Both the position numbers and the translations under genes were made by a program. A model generated the notes under the pieces. The model had not been told where the DNA came from. It saw only the letters and a list, made by a program, of their open reading frames with translations, and did not search any database. A stretch of DNA of 64,000 nucleotides, taken from positions 700,908 through 764,907 of the forward strand of contig OZ243938.1 of assembly GCA_965214095.1 (NCBI GenBank). Direction: 5' to 3'. This document shows, piece by piece, positions 53,771-64,000 of this stretch; position 1 is the first letter of the stretch; every line of letters begins with the position of its first letter. The stretch comes from Candidatus Poribacteria bacterium (lineage in GTDB: Bacteria > Poribacteria > WGA-4E > WGA-3G).

Positions 53771-54838
53771 GTGATGCAAAATAATGAAACACCCACAAAT
53801 AAAAATAAGCATGAGTTGAAACGCATTGTCACACGAGTGATGGATGTGGCAAAGTCAAAGAACTTGATATTCATTATACTGGTCTGTGCCATACCGTTGC
53901 TTACATTGGCAATGGATGGTATTTCAAGTATATTTTCAAATTGGAACATCTTTCTACCCATACCTTCAGGGAATTATATCCTTTATATCACCGTGCAAGT
54001 TTGTGTATATATTTTACTTGCAGTCGGATTAAACATTGTTTGTGGTTATGCCGGTCTACTTGATCTCGGTTATGTCGCTTTTTATCTCGTCGGAGGCTAT
54101 ACTGCCGGTCTTTTGATGAGACATCTGGGGGTTCCATATTGGTTCATACTACCGATTGCAATTCTCAATGGCGCCCTTTGGGGTTTGATACGCGGTGCTC
54201 CAACATTACGACTCACAGGAGATTATTTTGCTATCGTTACTTTCGGTTTTGCAGAGGTACTCTTTAGAGTTGTAAAGAATGAAATTTGGTTAATTCGGGA
54301 CATCAATGGATTTGTAAAAGATATTCCACGTGCTTCCATTTTTGGTTTAGAACTCAATCAGAATTGGCAACATTTTTATCACATCCTCATCCTCACAGGT
54401 ATAGTTATTTTTGTAAGTCACCGTTTGCAACACTCACGCATAGGACGCGCCTGGATTGCTATACGAGAAGATGAACAAGCAGCGGCATCAATGGGAATTA
54501 ATGTCAGCCGCTACAAATCGCTTGCTTTTGCTATCAGTGCAGCGATTGGTGCTCTTGGAGGTGCTTTCTTGGCACAGTTCTATGGAACCCTGAGCGCGAA
54601 AACATTTGAATTCTGGGAGTCTATTCTCGTTCTATGTATGGTCATCTTGGGAGGAAAAGGTAGCATAAAAGGGGCTATCTTAGGTGCGGTAATTATTGGT
54701 TCGTTAAGTGAAGTTTTGCGCGAGATTCTACTTAGTTTCCCGCCAGATTATGCTGGTGCCCGTTACCTCATATTTGGTATCATCTTAGTATTGTTGATGC
54801 GATTCCGTCCTGCGGGGTTGATATTCAAGAGAACGTAA
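53771..54838 (+). CDS. Branched-chain amino acid ABC transporter permease (LivM-like)
   Basis: LAVGLNIVCGYAGLLDLGYVAFYLVGGYTAG and RIGRAWIAIREDEQAAASMGIN are LivM hallmarks. Confidence 0.85.
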   Translation: MMQNNETPTNKNKHELKRIVTRVMDVAKSKNLIFIILVCAIPLLTLAMDGISSIFSNWNIFLPIPSGNYILYITVQVCVYILLAVGLNIVCGYAGLLDLGYVAFYLVGGYTAGLLMRHLGVPYWFILPIAILNGALWGLIRGAPTLRLTGDYFAIVTFGFAEVLFRVVKNEIWLIRDINGFVKDIPRASIFGLELNQNWQHFYHILILTGIVIFVSHRLQHSRIGRAWIAIREDEQAAASMGINVSRYKSLAFAISAAIGALGGAFLAQFYGTLSAKTFEFWESILVLCMVILGGKGSIKGAILGAVIIGSLSEVLREILLSFPPDYAGARYLIFGIILVLLMRFRPAGLIFKRT

Positions 54839-54849
54839 AGGATTCTTTA

Positions 54850-55866
54850 TCACATCCGTTCCTTTATCAGTATCTCAATGAATATTTCTCCGAACAATAG
54901 GAGTAGTGCTAACCCCACAAACCATTGAAACCTATCTTGCAATTTACCACCAGCACGTACTCTATACTTCTGTTTCTCAAGTCTTTTCAAATCCTTCGTT
55001 AGCGGTGTAATCCCCGCAGTCTCATGATAATACTTACCGTTTCCTGTGTTCGCAATGTCACGTAATCCTGCCGAATCCAATGCAGTTAGCACGACTTTCC
55101 CCTGTAAATCCCGTTTATATCCTGCTTTTTCATCTACAAGTGGTATAGGCACAGATTGATCTGAACCACCTACCCCAACGCAGTAGATGTGTATCCCTTT
55201 ATTTTTCGCTGTTTCTGCTGCAGTAATTGTATTCCCATCATGATCTTCACCATCCGTGAACAGTATCAATACCTTTTGTCCAGTAGAAGCAGGATCTACA
55301 AAGGTTAGGTCATTCTGTTCTAAGACGAGACGTTCTGTTGCTACATCTATAGCATTACCTATGTTGGTACCTCTATGAACAAGTGTTTCAGGGGTCATCG
55401 CAGTCAAATATTCATGCAACGTACCTGCATCCCTTGTCAATGGACATACAACTACACTCGCTTCTGCAAAGTAGAGCAGACCAACACGATCACCCTCAAG
55501 TTGTTCCATCAAAGAGAACACAATTTCCTTTACTCGGGTTAACCTCCGGGAAGAACTACCATCTAATGCCAACATACTTGTTGAAATATCCATAGCAAAC
55601 ATGACATCCAAACTTTCATCCACTGTCTCAGGCTTTCTACCCCACTGCGGAAATGCAATCGCAAATGCCACACACAGAAAACTCATCATTAGCAATACAC
55701 CTTGAAGTTTCATTCGTTTCAGGTGTATTGCATTGGAATTGGACTGGAAAAGGAGCAGTGCTTCGCGTTTCAGGTACAATCCATATATGATCAAAAAAAC
55801 AACAATCGGAAGTACTACCCATAAGAAAAAAAGGATATCAGGATTACCGAAACGGAACCAATTCAT
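54850..55866 (-). CDS. vWA domain membrane protein (BatA-like)
   Basis: Two N-terminal TM helices, the MIDAS motif FAMDISTSM, and a C-terminal TM helix. Confidence 0.75.
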   Translation of the reverse strand: MNWFRFGNPDILFFLWVVLPIVVFLIIYGLYLKREALLLFQSNSNAIHLKRMKLQGVLLMMSFLCVAFAIAFPQWGRKPETVDESLDVMFAMDISTSMLALDGSSSRRLTRVKEIVFSLMEQLEGDRVGLLYFAEASVVVCPLTRDAGTLHEYLTAMTPETLVHRGTNIGNAIDVATERLVLEQNDLTFVDPASTGQKVLILFTDGEDHDGNTITAAETAKNKGIHIYCVGVGGSDQSVPIPLVDEKAGYKRDLQGKVVLTALDSAGLRDIANTGNGKYYHETAGITPLTKDLKRLEKQKYRVRAGGKLQDRFQWFVGLALLLLFGEIFIEILIKERM

Positions 55867-55945
55867 GTTTCAATTTCTTTTATTTTTTTGGAGATAATGT
55901 GAAGAAAAAGTGTTATAGTAAAAATCATAATTATTTACACACGAC

Positions 55946-56016
55946 GGTAGGTTCGGTTTCCTAACCGAACCGGTGTCTGTTCTGTCTCATAGATGCGGTT
56001 AGGAAACCGCATCTAC
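55946..56016. repeat. REPIN-like inverted pair of REP units
   Basis: GGTAGGTTCGGTTTCCTAACCGAACC (55946-55971) and GCGGTTAGGAAACCGCATCTACC (55994-56016). The second unit has a different but self-complementary stem. Confidence 0.75.
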
Positions 56017-56070
56017 CGCGGAGTGTGAACGTATACATTTCACTATAAAGGTAGTATAAATAAGGAGAAA

Positions 56071-57492
56071 TTATATGTCTTTCTTCAGCGCAGTAACTAT
56101 CATTTCCGCATGATCAGATACTTTACGAATTGCTGTAAGTATCCGTTCAGCCGCACCATCAAGAGGTTTCGTCAATAGTGGTAGGAAAATTAACTGTGTA
56201 CACACTTTCTCAGTGATTGGCAAATCTCCCGCTGAATATCCTTCATAGTCTCCACCCATTTCAGTCGTGCAAAGTGATCCGCGTCCATTTGTAAATATAT
56301 CGAGTCCTTCTGAGAATAGCGGTAGTGTATGCAGCAGTGGATATGGGTTGCTATTACTTGGAATATCCTTTGAAATAACAGGTACACCTTCGCCAACAAG
56401 ATATGGATACGGATTATTGTTCGCTAACACACCTTCCTTCCGCAATGCTTCGGCAAATACGGGGGCAGGCATACCGGACATCTGTTCTTGAACATAAAGA
56501 ATAGGAAATCCATAAAATGCTGCAGGTTCTGACCCCTCATATCTTTCAACAGGACGAACGCCTGAGATATCCTTCAATCCATCTGTAATTTCTTGAATAT
56601 ACGCACGACGATTTTCATTGAGTTCGGCAAGTTTATCCAACTGTACCGATGCGATTCCAATCGCTAAAGGATGTGCACGATATTTTACACCTAAACCCAT
56701 TGGTGGAAGTTGTGCATATCGGAGCGCAGAAGGATCCAATTCAGGATCACCGATGCTGTTTATCGCACGATTAACCTGTCCTAATAGACATGCTCTTTCA
56801 AATACCTCAATTTCATTTGTTGCAAGCACACCGCCTTCACCGGCACTCAATGCTTTGTTCCCTTGCAAACTCCAAGCACCCGCATGTCCAATACTACCAA
56901 CAGGTGTGCCTTTGTAGGCTGCACCATGCGCGTGTGAACAATCCTCTATCACTGGCACACCAGTTTCCGCACTCAGTGCCATCAAAGCATCCATATCACA
57001 TACATTACCCCACAGATGCACTGCCACAATTGCTTTTGTTCGGGAAGTAATTCTCTTCCGAACATCCTCTACATCTAACAACAATGTCTCAGGATCAACT
57101 TCACAAAAGACAGGTCTTGCATTCAGCATCAATGCAGGTGTTATAGATGCCATCCATGTGTAAGTCGGACAGATCACTTCATCACCTGGACCAACACCAA
57201 CGCCGAACATAGCACTATGTAGTGCAGCGGTTCCATTGGTAAGACTCACAGCATATTTAGTCTGATGTCTGTCACGCCATTTACGCTCAAATTCCTGAAC
57301 TGTTGTAGAATTACTTGACAACTCGTTTCGCATCGTCATCTCATAGACGACCTGTGCTTCTGCTTCAGTAATCTGTTTCCAACAATCCAGATTCGGAAAA
57401 GGCATCTCTTTAGATATTGAGAAAACGGGATTTCCACCTAAAATCACGGGGAGATTAAATTTCTTTGTATTTGATAATTGAGTATTATTCAT
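56071..57492 (-). CDS. DegT/DnrJ/EryC1/StrS family PLP-dependent sugar aminotransferase
   Basis: SLTNGTAALHSA, and SLQGNKALSAGEGGVL carrying the PLP lysine. At 473 aa it is longer than typical family members. Confidence 0.75.
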   Translation of the reverse strand: MNNTQLSNTKKFNLPVILGGNPVFSISKEMPFPNLDCWKQITEAEAQVVYEMTMRNELSSNSTTVQEFERKWRDRHQTKYAVSLTNGTAALHSAMFGVGVGPGDEVICPTYTWMASITPALMLNARPVFCEVDPETLLLDVEDVRKRITSRTKAIVAVHLWGNVCDMDALMALSAETGVPVIEDCSHAHGAAYKGTPVGSIGHAGAWSLQGNKALSAGEGGVLATNEIEVFERACLLGQVNRAINSIGDPELDPSALRYAQLPPMGLGVKYRAHPLAIGIASVQLDKLAELNENRRAYIQEITDGLKDISGVRPVERYEGSEPAAFYGFPILYVQEQMSGMPAPVFAEALRKEGVLANNNPYPYLVGEGVPVISKDIPSNSNPYPLLHTLPLFSEGLDIFTNGRGSLCTTEMGGDYEGYSAGDLPITEKVCTQLIFLPLLTKPLDGAAERILTAIRKVSDHAEMIVTALKKDI

Positions 57493-57713
57493 ATTATTGC
57501 ATGGTGTATAAAGACTAAGAAAGAACGAAAATTAATGGTGAAGTTATTTTTGATTCAATACTATTTGTATTTCTTGCTAACTTATGGTATACTGACAACT
57601 GATGAAATATATAACAGCAATAGAAGTCAGACTTATCTTTTCTAAATCTGAAACATGATAGCACGGTACTATAAATCTGTCAATTCTATGTGTCATAAAC
57701 TCTTCACAACTCT

Positions 57714-58808
57714 GTGAATATATTGAAAGTCCACCACTACATATTACATAATCTCAACAATATCTTTGTTAAAGTCCGACAACTGCTCATAAACTGTATG
57801 CCGCCGGTACTTGCTATCTGCGGTTTTTTTTTGTTATGTGGAATAGTCCTAATCCTGCGTGGACAGAACGCTTTTGAATTTTACAAAACAATCTTTCTCA
57901 GTGGGTTCTCCAACTTTGATGAATTCGGTAGCGTCCTATTTAATGCTACTCCGCTCATCTTTACAGGTCTTGCAGTTGCTGTCGGATATAAGACAGGTTT
58001 ATTCAACATCGGTTGTGAAGGACAACTCTATGTCGCAGCCTTTGCAGCAGCATGGGTTGGGATACATGTCAACCTTCCTTCAGTTTTGATGATACCTCTC
58101 TGTTTATGTGCTGCATTGTTAGCAGGGGCAATATGGGGAGGTATTCCAGGTATCATAAAGGCAAAATTCGGAGCACACGAAGTAATAAACACGATAATGA
58201 TGAACTTCATCGCCTTAGCAATAACCAATTTCTTTGTTACTTCTGTATATAGAGAACCCGGACAGATGATTCCTCAAACATCTCAGATCGCTGAATCCGC
58301 ACAGTTACCACGTTTAGCAGGAACGTTATTTTTCATCCCAGACAGCAACTTATTGAATGCCAGTTTCATAATTGCCTGTATCTGTGTTATATTCTGTTAT
58401 ATTTTGTTCAAACACACACGTTGGGGGTACGAACTCAGACTGGTTGGAAATGTCCCGGATGTTGCAGAATATGGTGGTATAAATCCTCGTGTAGTAACAG
58501 TCTGGGTGATGGCATTGAGTGGGGCAATTGCAGGCTTAGCAGGTGTCGCTGATGTCATGGGATATCGATACAGATTTGCAGATAGTTTCTCATCGGGATG
58601 GGGATTCACTGGAATTGCAGTTGCTCTATTGGGAAGAAACCACCCATTTGGTGTTTTCGCAGCAGCACTCTTATTCGGACTACTCAATAAAGTAGCATTG
58701 GATATTGAGTTGTTCTTGAATGTGCCGCGTGGATTATTCCTTGTCGGTCAAGGATTACTCATCATCTGGTTAGTATGTCAGGAAGGCTTAACAAAAAGGA
58801 AAACATGA
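57714..58808 (+). CDS. ABC transporter permease (nucleoside/simple-sugar, YufP-like)
   Basis: FNIGCEGQLYVAAFAA and GWGFTGIAVALLGRNHP motifs. The start may be an internal Met. Confidence 0.75.
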   Translation: MNILKVHHYILHNLNNIFVKVRQLLINCMPPVLAICGFFLLCGIVLILRGQNAFEFYKTIFLSGFSNFDEFGSVLFNATPLIFTGLAVAVGYKTGLFNIGCEGQLYVAAFAAAWVGIHVNLPSVLMIPLCLCAALLAGAIWGGIPGIIKAKFGAHEVINTIMMNFIALAITNFFVTSVYREPGQMIPQTSQIAESAQLPRLAGTLFFIPDSNLLNASFIIACICVIFCYILFKHTRWGYELRLVGNVPDVAEYGGINPRVVTVWVMALSGAIAGLAGVADVMGYRYRFADSFSSGWGFTGIAVALLGRNHPFGVFAAALLFGLLNKVALDIELFLNVPRGLFLVGQGLLIIWLVCQEGLTKRKT

Positions 58809-59638
58809 TACTTGATATAATTCCAAGCACTCTCCGAATGACAACACCGATTGGATATGCAGCTCTCGGTGGCATATACTCAGAACGTTCAGGTATTATC
58901 AATCTTGCACTTGAAGGCATGATGTTGATGGGTGCTTACGGGTATGTGATTGGTGCACATGCCTCTGGTTCGGCATGGATTGGCCTCACTGTTGGTATTG
59001 GTTTAGGTATTATTATGGCATTGTTGCATGCCGTGGCTACGATAACATTTCACGCTGAACAAATAGTAACAGGAATAGCAATTAATATTCTGGCTTTAGG
59101 AATTACTGAGTATCTCATACCATCAACAGAAAGAGTTCCCGGATTACCAGATATCACGTTACCACTTATTGGTTCCTTTAGTATGCTTGTCTATTGCCTA
59201 CCTATATTGATGATAGGAAGTCATATCTTCATATATAAAACACCATGGGGATTACGTCTACGAGCGGCAGGAGAATCAACAGAGGCATTAAAAACTCTCA
59301 GTTTGAGTCGGGCAAAGTGGCAATATTTTGGAGTTATTCTGAGTGGAATCTTTGCTGGATTAGGTGGATGTTTCCTTGTTTCAGATGTTCACATCTTTAC
59401 AAAAGGCATAATCGGTGGAAGAGGATATGTTGCATTGGCAGCCGTAATTTTTGGTAATTGGCGACCACTGTACGGTGTTGCAGCATGTCTCTTTTTCGGG
59501 TTTGCATCTTCATTAGATCTGATTGACCTATGGAATATACCGGATCAACTCATAAAAATCCTACCGTACATATTAACGATGGTTGTTCTTGCTGGTCTTG
59601 TCGGTAGATCGCGCCCACCCGCCGCATTAGGTAAATGA
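58775..59638 (+). CDS. ABC transporter permease (nucleoside/simple-sugar, YufQ-like)
   Basis: YAALGGIYSERSGIINLALEGMMLMGA and GYVALAAVIFGNWRP motifs. It overlaps the upstream permease gene. Confidence 0.75.
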   Translation: MSGRLNKKENMILDIIPSTLRMTTPIGYAALGGIYSERSGIINLALEGMMLMGAYGYVIGAHASGSAWIGLTVGIGLGIIMALLHAVATITFHAEQIVTGIAINILALGITEYLIPSTERVPGLPDITLPLIGSFSMLVYCLPILMIGSHIFIYKTPWGLRLRAAGESTEALKTLSLSRAKWQYFGVILSGIFAGLGGCFLVSDVHIFTKGIIGGRGYVALAAVIFGNWRPLYGVAACLFFGFASSLDLIDLWNIPDQLIKILPYILTMVVLAGLVGRSRPPAALGK

Positions 59639-59662
59639 AATCCTAAATTCCTATTGATCTAT

Positions 59663-62128
59663 TCATGATCCCACCTCATCGGGTAATTGGTAATATTCGG
59701 AGTGCTTTGTGTAATAACCATAGGATTTAGCATGCTTAGGATTTATCATATTGCACAAAACACCAATCCCTTTTGAAGGTAATACTTCCTTTAGATGTTT
59801 GAGACCAGTCAACACATCAAAACGTTTAGTCTTTGTAATGTCAAACACATAAACAACAGCATCAGCCACAGTTGCCAAAATAACCGGATCTGCAACTGCC
59901 CGAACTGGTGGGGAATCAATGACAATCACATCATATTCAGATTTAGCCATTTCCAATAATTGTGTCATCATATCAGAATTCAACAGTTCAATCGGATTAG
60001 GTGGGACAGTGCCACCTGGAATGAGATGTAGATTAGCAATTCCAGTCTGCCGGACTGTTGAATGCAACACTTCATAACCGTTCTCATCATTTAGACTGAT
60101 TAATGCTTCACTCAAGCCGGGTTTACGCGTGTCACTATGAGTAACTACTGAGGAGTCGTCAAAAGTCTCTTCATTCGCTTGTGTACTAATCTGTAGCAGT
60201 TGTTCAGTTGGAAATGCAGTATGTTGTGAAGGTCTACGCATATCGGCATCTATGAGTAGCACTTTATTCCCTTTTTGGACAAGTGTAGCAGCAAGATTGG
60301 AGGAAACAGTACTCTTCCCTTCACCACGTGTTGAACTTGTCACCAATACAGTTTTCAGGTCACCACTGAGGTTAAGAAATGGTAATTTTGCCGCAATCAC
60401 ACGAAATGCATCAGACGTTCTGTTGGTAGGAGCATCATTAACAATGAGTGGAATACGATACGTGCTACTTTTCTTAATGGATGGTATAACTCCGAGAAAA
60501 TTTGGGGGTTCTGGCAGGGAATCTAATTGACGAACAGAATCCTCTAAACGCAAATAGGTGTCTTTTAAATAGTTCTTTACAACAGCAAATGTCAAACCGA
60601 GTAATCCACCCAACATCGCGCCCAAAACCAAATTTATCTTCATCCGCGGTTTGATCGGTTCTTCAGAAAGGCGAGCCTGATCCAATACTTTAAGTGTTTC
60701 TGAACGAGTTTCATCAATTATTTCTGACTCTCGTACTCTTGTTTCCAAAGCAAGCAACTGGGCACCATATAATTCCACATCGCGCTTACGTTTGAACAGA
60801 TCAAGTTGTTGATCAGACCACCCACTGAGTTCATTAACATGTTCATCTATCTGGGCAGATACTGTGGCTATTTGCTCTTTTAATCCTACAATAGAAGCTT
60901 CTGTTTCATTCACTTTTTCTGTAAGAAGTTGGTGGAGGGGATTATATGATGATGTTGTACTTTTTATCTCTCGCTCCTCATTTTTAAGTCGTTCTTTTGT
61001 CTCATTTATCTTTTCATCAAAAACAGTAATTTCAGGATGCTTGACATCACCATATTTTCCAATCAATGCTTTACGTTCAATTTCAAACTCGTTCAGATTA
61101 TCTTGTAACTTAGAATAACTCGGATTCTTTGTAGTAGATTCGGATATAAGCTGTTCCTCAACATCAGTAAGTTCATCCTGATATGCCTTCAGTCTCAATT
61201 CCGCTCCAATCAGATGGCTTGCAAGTTCATTTTCACTCAGCTGCAATGCTAATATCACTTGTGCTTGTGTACCGCCTTCTGCATTAATGGTTATTTCTGG
61301 ATGAGACTTTTGAAACTCAAACAGTCTCTTCTCTGCCTCATTCAATTGTTGTTTGGCTTTAGTAATCAATTCTTGAGCTACCGGTTTTTCCCACCAACGC
61401 ATGTTCTCCGCTTTTTCTGTTTCTACAACAAGTATCAACACTTCAGCGATCTTATTGCTCAATATTTGGGCATATTCGGGATTCCTGTTTCTTACCTTCA
61501 GTATTATGACGTTTCCATCCTGTGACTCTTCAACAGTTATTTTTTCGTCAATTAGTGTTTTTACGAAATAATCTCTCCATTCTTCATCTGTAAGATCTCC
61601 TTGCTCAGTAAGCGTAGTATCTAATGCTATGTTGAACAGATCCGATAACCATCTGACAGATCGACCACGATGCACAGGGAGTGGTTTCAATTCACCCGAA
61701 TTGATAAGCTGATCAACTGCAGGAGTGATGACCAAGTCGCGAGACTGCATGAGAGTAGCAAAAGTACCTAACGATGGACTCTTAAAAAGTCCAGTCAGTG
61801 GGAGTCCTGACAATAATGAAGAAGGTCCTTGTTCATCAAGTATACGAACAGTCGTTTCCGATTGATAAACAGGTGGAGTGAAGTCGGTGACAAGGAATGC
61901 CGCGATTATACACAATAAAAAGATTGCGATGACACTCCATTTATTCCGCCATAAAATCCAAAAATAATCTAATAATCGTATTTCAGTTATTTCTTCAAGT
62001 TGCTTGTCATTAGTCTCTGACATTTTTCCCTCATGATCAAAATCTATTGTTCCAACAGTATACAGTCCAAATAAAACACAGTATACTGCTGCAAACTCAG
62101 TTCCTTCTTTAATCCAAACAGTGTGCAT
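59663..62128 (-). CDS. Polysaccharide co-polymerase / tyrosine autokinase (Wzc/GumC-like)
   Basis: Wzz-type TM and coiled-coil periplasmic region. C-terminal P-loop SSTRGEGKST, Walker A' LLIDADMRRP, and a Tyr-rich tail KSYGYYTKHSEYY. The real start is probably an internal Met (MSETNDK). Confidence 0.8.
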   Translation of the reverse strand: MHTVWIKEGTEFAAVYCVLFGLYTVGTIDFDHEGKMSETNDKQLEEITEIRLLDYFWILWRNKWSVIAIFLLCIIAAFLVTDFTPPVYQSETTVRILDEQGPSSLLSGLPLTGLFKSPSLGTFATLMQSRDLVITPAVDQLINSGELKPLPVHRGRSVRWLSDLFNIALDTTLTEQGDLTDEEWRDYFVKTLIDEKITVEESQDGNVIILKVRNRNPEYAQILSNKIAEVLILVVETEKAENMRWWEKPVAQELITKAKQQLNEAEKRLFEFQKSHPEITINAEGGTQAQVILALQLSENELASHLIGAELRLKAYQDELTDVEEQLISESTTKNPSYSKLQDNLNEFEIERKALIGKYGDVKHPEITVFDEKINETKERLKNEEREIKSTTSSYNPLHQLLTEKVNETEASIVGLKEQIATVSAQIDEHVNELSGWSDQQLDLFKRKRDVELYGAQLLALETRVRESEIIDETRSETLKVLDQARLSEEPIKPRMKINLVLGAMLGGLLGLTFAVVKNYLKDTYLRLEDSVRQLDSLPEPPNFLGVIPSIKKSSTYRIPLIVNDAPTNRTSDAFRVIAAKLPFLNLSGDLKTVLVTSSTRGEGKSTVSSNLAATLVQKGNKVLLIDADMRRPSQHTAFPTEQLLQISTQANEETFDDSSVVTHSDTRKPGLSEALISLNDENGYEVLHSTVRQTGIANLHLIPGGTVPPNPIELLNSDMMTQLLEMAKSEYDVIVIDSPPVRAVADPVILATVADAVVYVFDITKTKRFDVLTGLKHLKEVLPSKGIGVLCNMINPKHAKSYGYYTKHSEYYQLPDEVGS

Positions 62129-62157
62129 CTGTAAGCCAATATTAGATTACGTTCTTT

Positions 62158-63333
62158 CTATCTGTATCTAAGCCAAACACTAACGACTAAGTTTGTTAGC
62201 GAGGCAGCAAAAGACAACACACGCCAATCAATGCGCGTTCGTTCCAATATACGTAGTTGATCATTTGGATAGAGAAGAACTTCTGATTGCACCAAATTAT
62301 AGTTCAGTTCCTCTTGCGTTCCATTTGCGCGAGTAAGAATGCATTTCTTGGGATTAGCTTTTTCTTCATTCAATCCACCAGCCATTGCAACGGCATCTCT
62401 TAACAGAGTCGGTTCTGTAACAACATATTGACCAGGCTTATCAACTGCTCCGACTACACTTATTTTCGCTTCTGCAAGCGGAACATATAATGTATCCCCT
62501 GGTGCCATTGTCATCGCTACATCAACAGCGGTGAGATCCACAGTTGTATTCCCATCCTCAGTGATGATTTCTGCCTTTTTTAAATCTGCAAAGTCTGCTC
62601 TCGATCCTCCAGCAAGTTTCAAAGCTTGCGTTGCAGCAATTTCTTGACCCGTGATCGGATAATTACCCGGAACCATGACTGCACCAATTACTCGTATTCG
62701 ACGTTGGGCAAAAATTGATGGCACGATGACAACATCATAATCCTTTAAGGGAATATCTATATTACCTGATTCCATTTGCTCTTCAAAATTAACTGTTGTG
62801 TGCACCTTCCCATCACGCCAAACAACAACCTTGGTCAGATCAGCAATTTCATTATTAATTCCTGCCGCTGCCAATGCTTGTATCAGATAAACTTGACCGG
62901 TTTCAAACACATGTAAATTGCCGCGAGGTCTTTGGTCAACTGCACCAAATACCAGAATATTGCGTCTCGGTTGCATTAGAGTAACAAACACACGGGCACT
63001 CGGTAGTTTCTCAGAAAACACTTTATGCATCGCATCCTGAAGCTCAGGTACAGTTAAATCCGTTGCCTTTATCAGACCAATGAGGGGATATGAGATAAAC
63101 CCATCAGGTTGAACAGGAACGGGGACACGGTCTTTCGTGTATTCTGGATATCCTTCAACCGTAACTACTATACTATCCCCAACCTGTAATTTATATGTAG
63201 ACATCTTAGGGTAATCTAGACTTTGAGTGACAATATTCTCGTCAGGAGGATCTTCTGAAAAAACTTGGATAGTAAAACTGAACTGACTTATTGTAAACAG
63301 AAACAGTATAATAAAACGCAAATGCATCTTCAT
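62158..63333 (-). CDS. Polysaccharide export protein (Wza-like, SLBB domains)
   Basis: Signal peptide, a YKLQVGDSIVV poly_export motif, and repeated SLBB-like V.V.GAV..PG.Y units. Confidence 0.75.
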   Translation of the reverse strand: MKMHLRFIILFLFTISQFSFTIQVFSEDPPDENIVTQSLDYPKMSTYKLQVGDSIVVTVEGYPEYTKDRVPVPVQPDGFISYPLIGLIKATDLTVPELQDAMHKVFSEKLPSARVFVTLMQPRRNILVFGAVDQRPRGNLHVFETGQVYLIQALAAAGINNEIADLTKVVVWRDGKVHTTVNFEEQMESGNIDIPLKDYDVVIVPSIFAQRRIRVIGAVMVPGNYPITGQEIAATQALKLAGGSRADFADLKKAEIITEDGNTTVDLTAVDVAMTMAPGDTLYVPLAEAKISVVGAVDKPGQYVVTEPTLLRDAVAMAGGLNEEKANPKKCILTRANGTQEELNYNLVQSEVLLYPNDQLRILERTRIDWRVLSFAASLTNLVVSVWLRYR

Positions 63334-63603
63334 CTATTATATGTTAACCCTTTTATATCGCTTTTTTGAATATGTTTTTGACAGAACTTAGATTTTTGAT
63401 GTTATTTAATCGTATATTCTTCATTAATTCTTGAGGATATTCTGTAAATTTCCAATACAGTAGATTTTAACTTCTATAATTTGAAAGTTCAATACAAATA
63501 ATACCTTCCTATTTTAACAGCACTAAAGCAAAAACACAAGTGAAAACAGCAGAAATCAGAATGTTTGTTGATTAACCTATTAAGTTATGGTAATATAATC
63601 TTG

Positions 63604-64000
63604 TGAACTACAATAATATACTTACTCAATTTCAAGATAAACAGATAATGATTGTAGGTGATATCATTCTGGATGAATATATTTGGGGTGATGTTAACCG
63701 TATTTCTCCTGAAGCTCCTGTTCCAGTAATTGAGATATGTGGCGAAAGATTAGGTTGCGGCGGTGCCGCAAATGTTGCACAAAATATCGTTAGTTTAGGA
63801 GGAAAAGCTGAACTTATCGGGGTTGTTGGAAAAGATAGAGATGGAGAACAGATGCTCCAAATGCTAAATTCTATAGGGATTGGAACAACTGGCATTTGTG
63901 TAGATGTCCTAAGACACACGAGCAAGAAAACTCGCGTTATCGTCCAATCTGACAACACAGATTCCATACAAATACCATACAACAACAAACCGGATGACGA
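63604..64000 (+). CDS. hldE: D-beta-D-heptose 7-phosphate kinase domain of HldE/RfaE (5' partial, runs off the window)
   Basis: Not in the ORF track because there is no stop in the window. The frame opens after a TAA at 63592, with candidate starts at GTG 63604 or ATG 63649. IMIVGDIILDEYIWGDVNRISPEAPVPVI...GGAANVAQNIVSLGG matches the RfaE domain I signature. Confidence 0.75.

Noticed and set aside
42511-55866. DUF58 (42511-43401) and the BatA-like vWA protein (54850-55866) as parts of a MoxR/Bat system.
   Set aside because: The two genes are 11 kb apart, on opposite strands, and no MoxR AAA+ ATPase lies between them. This is not a contiguous system in this window.
63632-63988. 118-aa minus-strand ORF at the window end.
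   Set aside because: It is antisense to a much better supported plus-strand frame with the HldE/RfaE kinase signature, which has no stop in the window and is therefore absent from the ORF track.

Overview
This is a moderately AT-rich bacterial chromosomal window, densely coded on both strands, with no rRNA, transposase, integrase or cas genes. The gene content is rich in PhyH dioxygenases, a sulfatase-fold enzyme, Gfo/Idh/MocA oxidoreductases and WD40/TPR proteins. That mix is reminiscent of uncultivated Poribacteria- or PVC-like lineages, but taxonomy cannot be established from this window.

Housekeeping genes I recognise: lpxI, coaD, pyrK-like, bioB-like, serS, tRNA-Asp(GUC), tRNA-Val(UAC), proB, obg, nfo, a livKHM-like set, a Wza/Wzc-like exopolysaccharide export pair and a partial hldE.

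Four things stand out:
1. 5.8-15.2 kb holds a tandem array of five membrane-anchored beta-propeller paralogues in two architectures. The long forms carry a C-terminal domain that looks like a metzincin with an ablated zinc motif. The array contains a clear duplication scar made of a coaD 5' fragment fused to the 3' end of a propeller gene.
2. A MITE-like element sits upstream of two array segments. Its two copies are about 90% identical by eye, except for a 23-nt segment of identical length and unrelated sequence, bracketed by two copies of the GCCCC-AGC-GGGGC hairpin.
3. A REP/REPIN-like family (GTAG head plus hairpin with compensatory stem changes) is scattered through intergenic DNA. Two REPIN-like copies flank one gene.
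4. 21.4-25.1 kb holds a tandem pair of DUF262 (GmrS/ParB-like) proteins without a recognisable intact nuclease domain. They lie downstream of tRNA-Val/tRNA-Asp/serS and contain a near-identical ~170-bp conversion tract. This is my best candidate for an undescribed defence-type system.

All functional calls come from motif recognition by eye. No database search was run.
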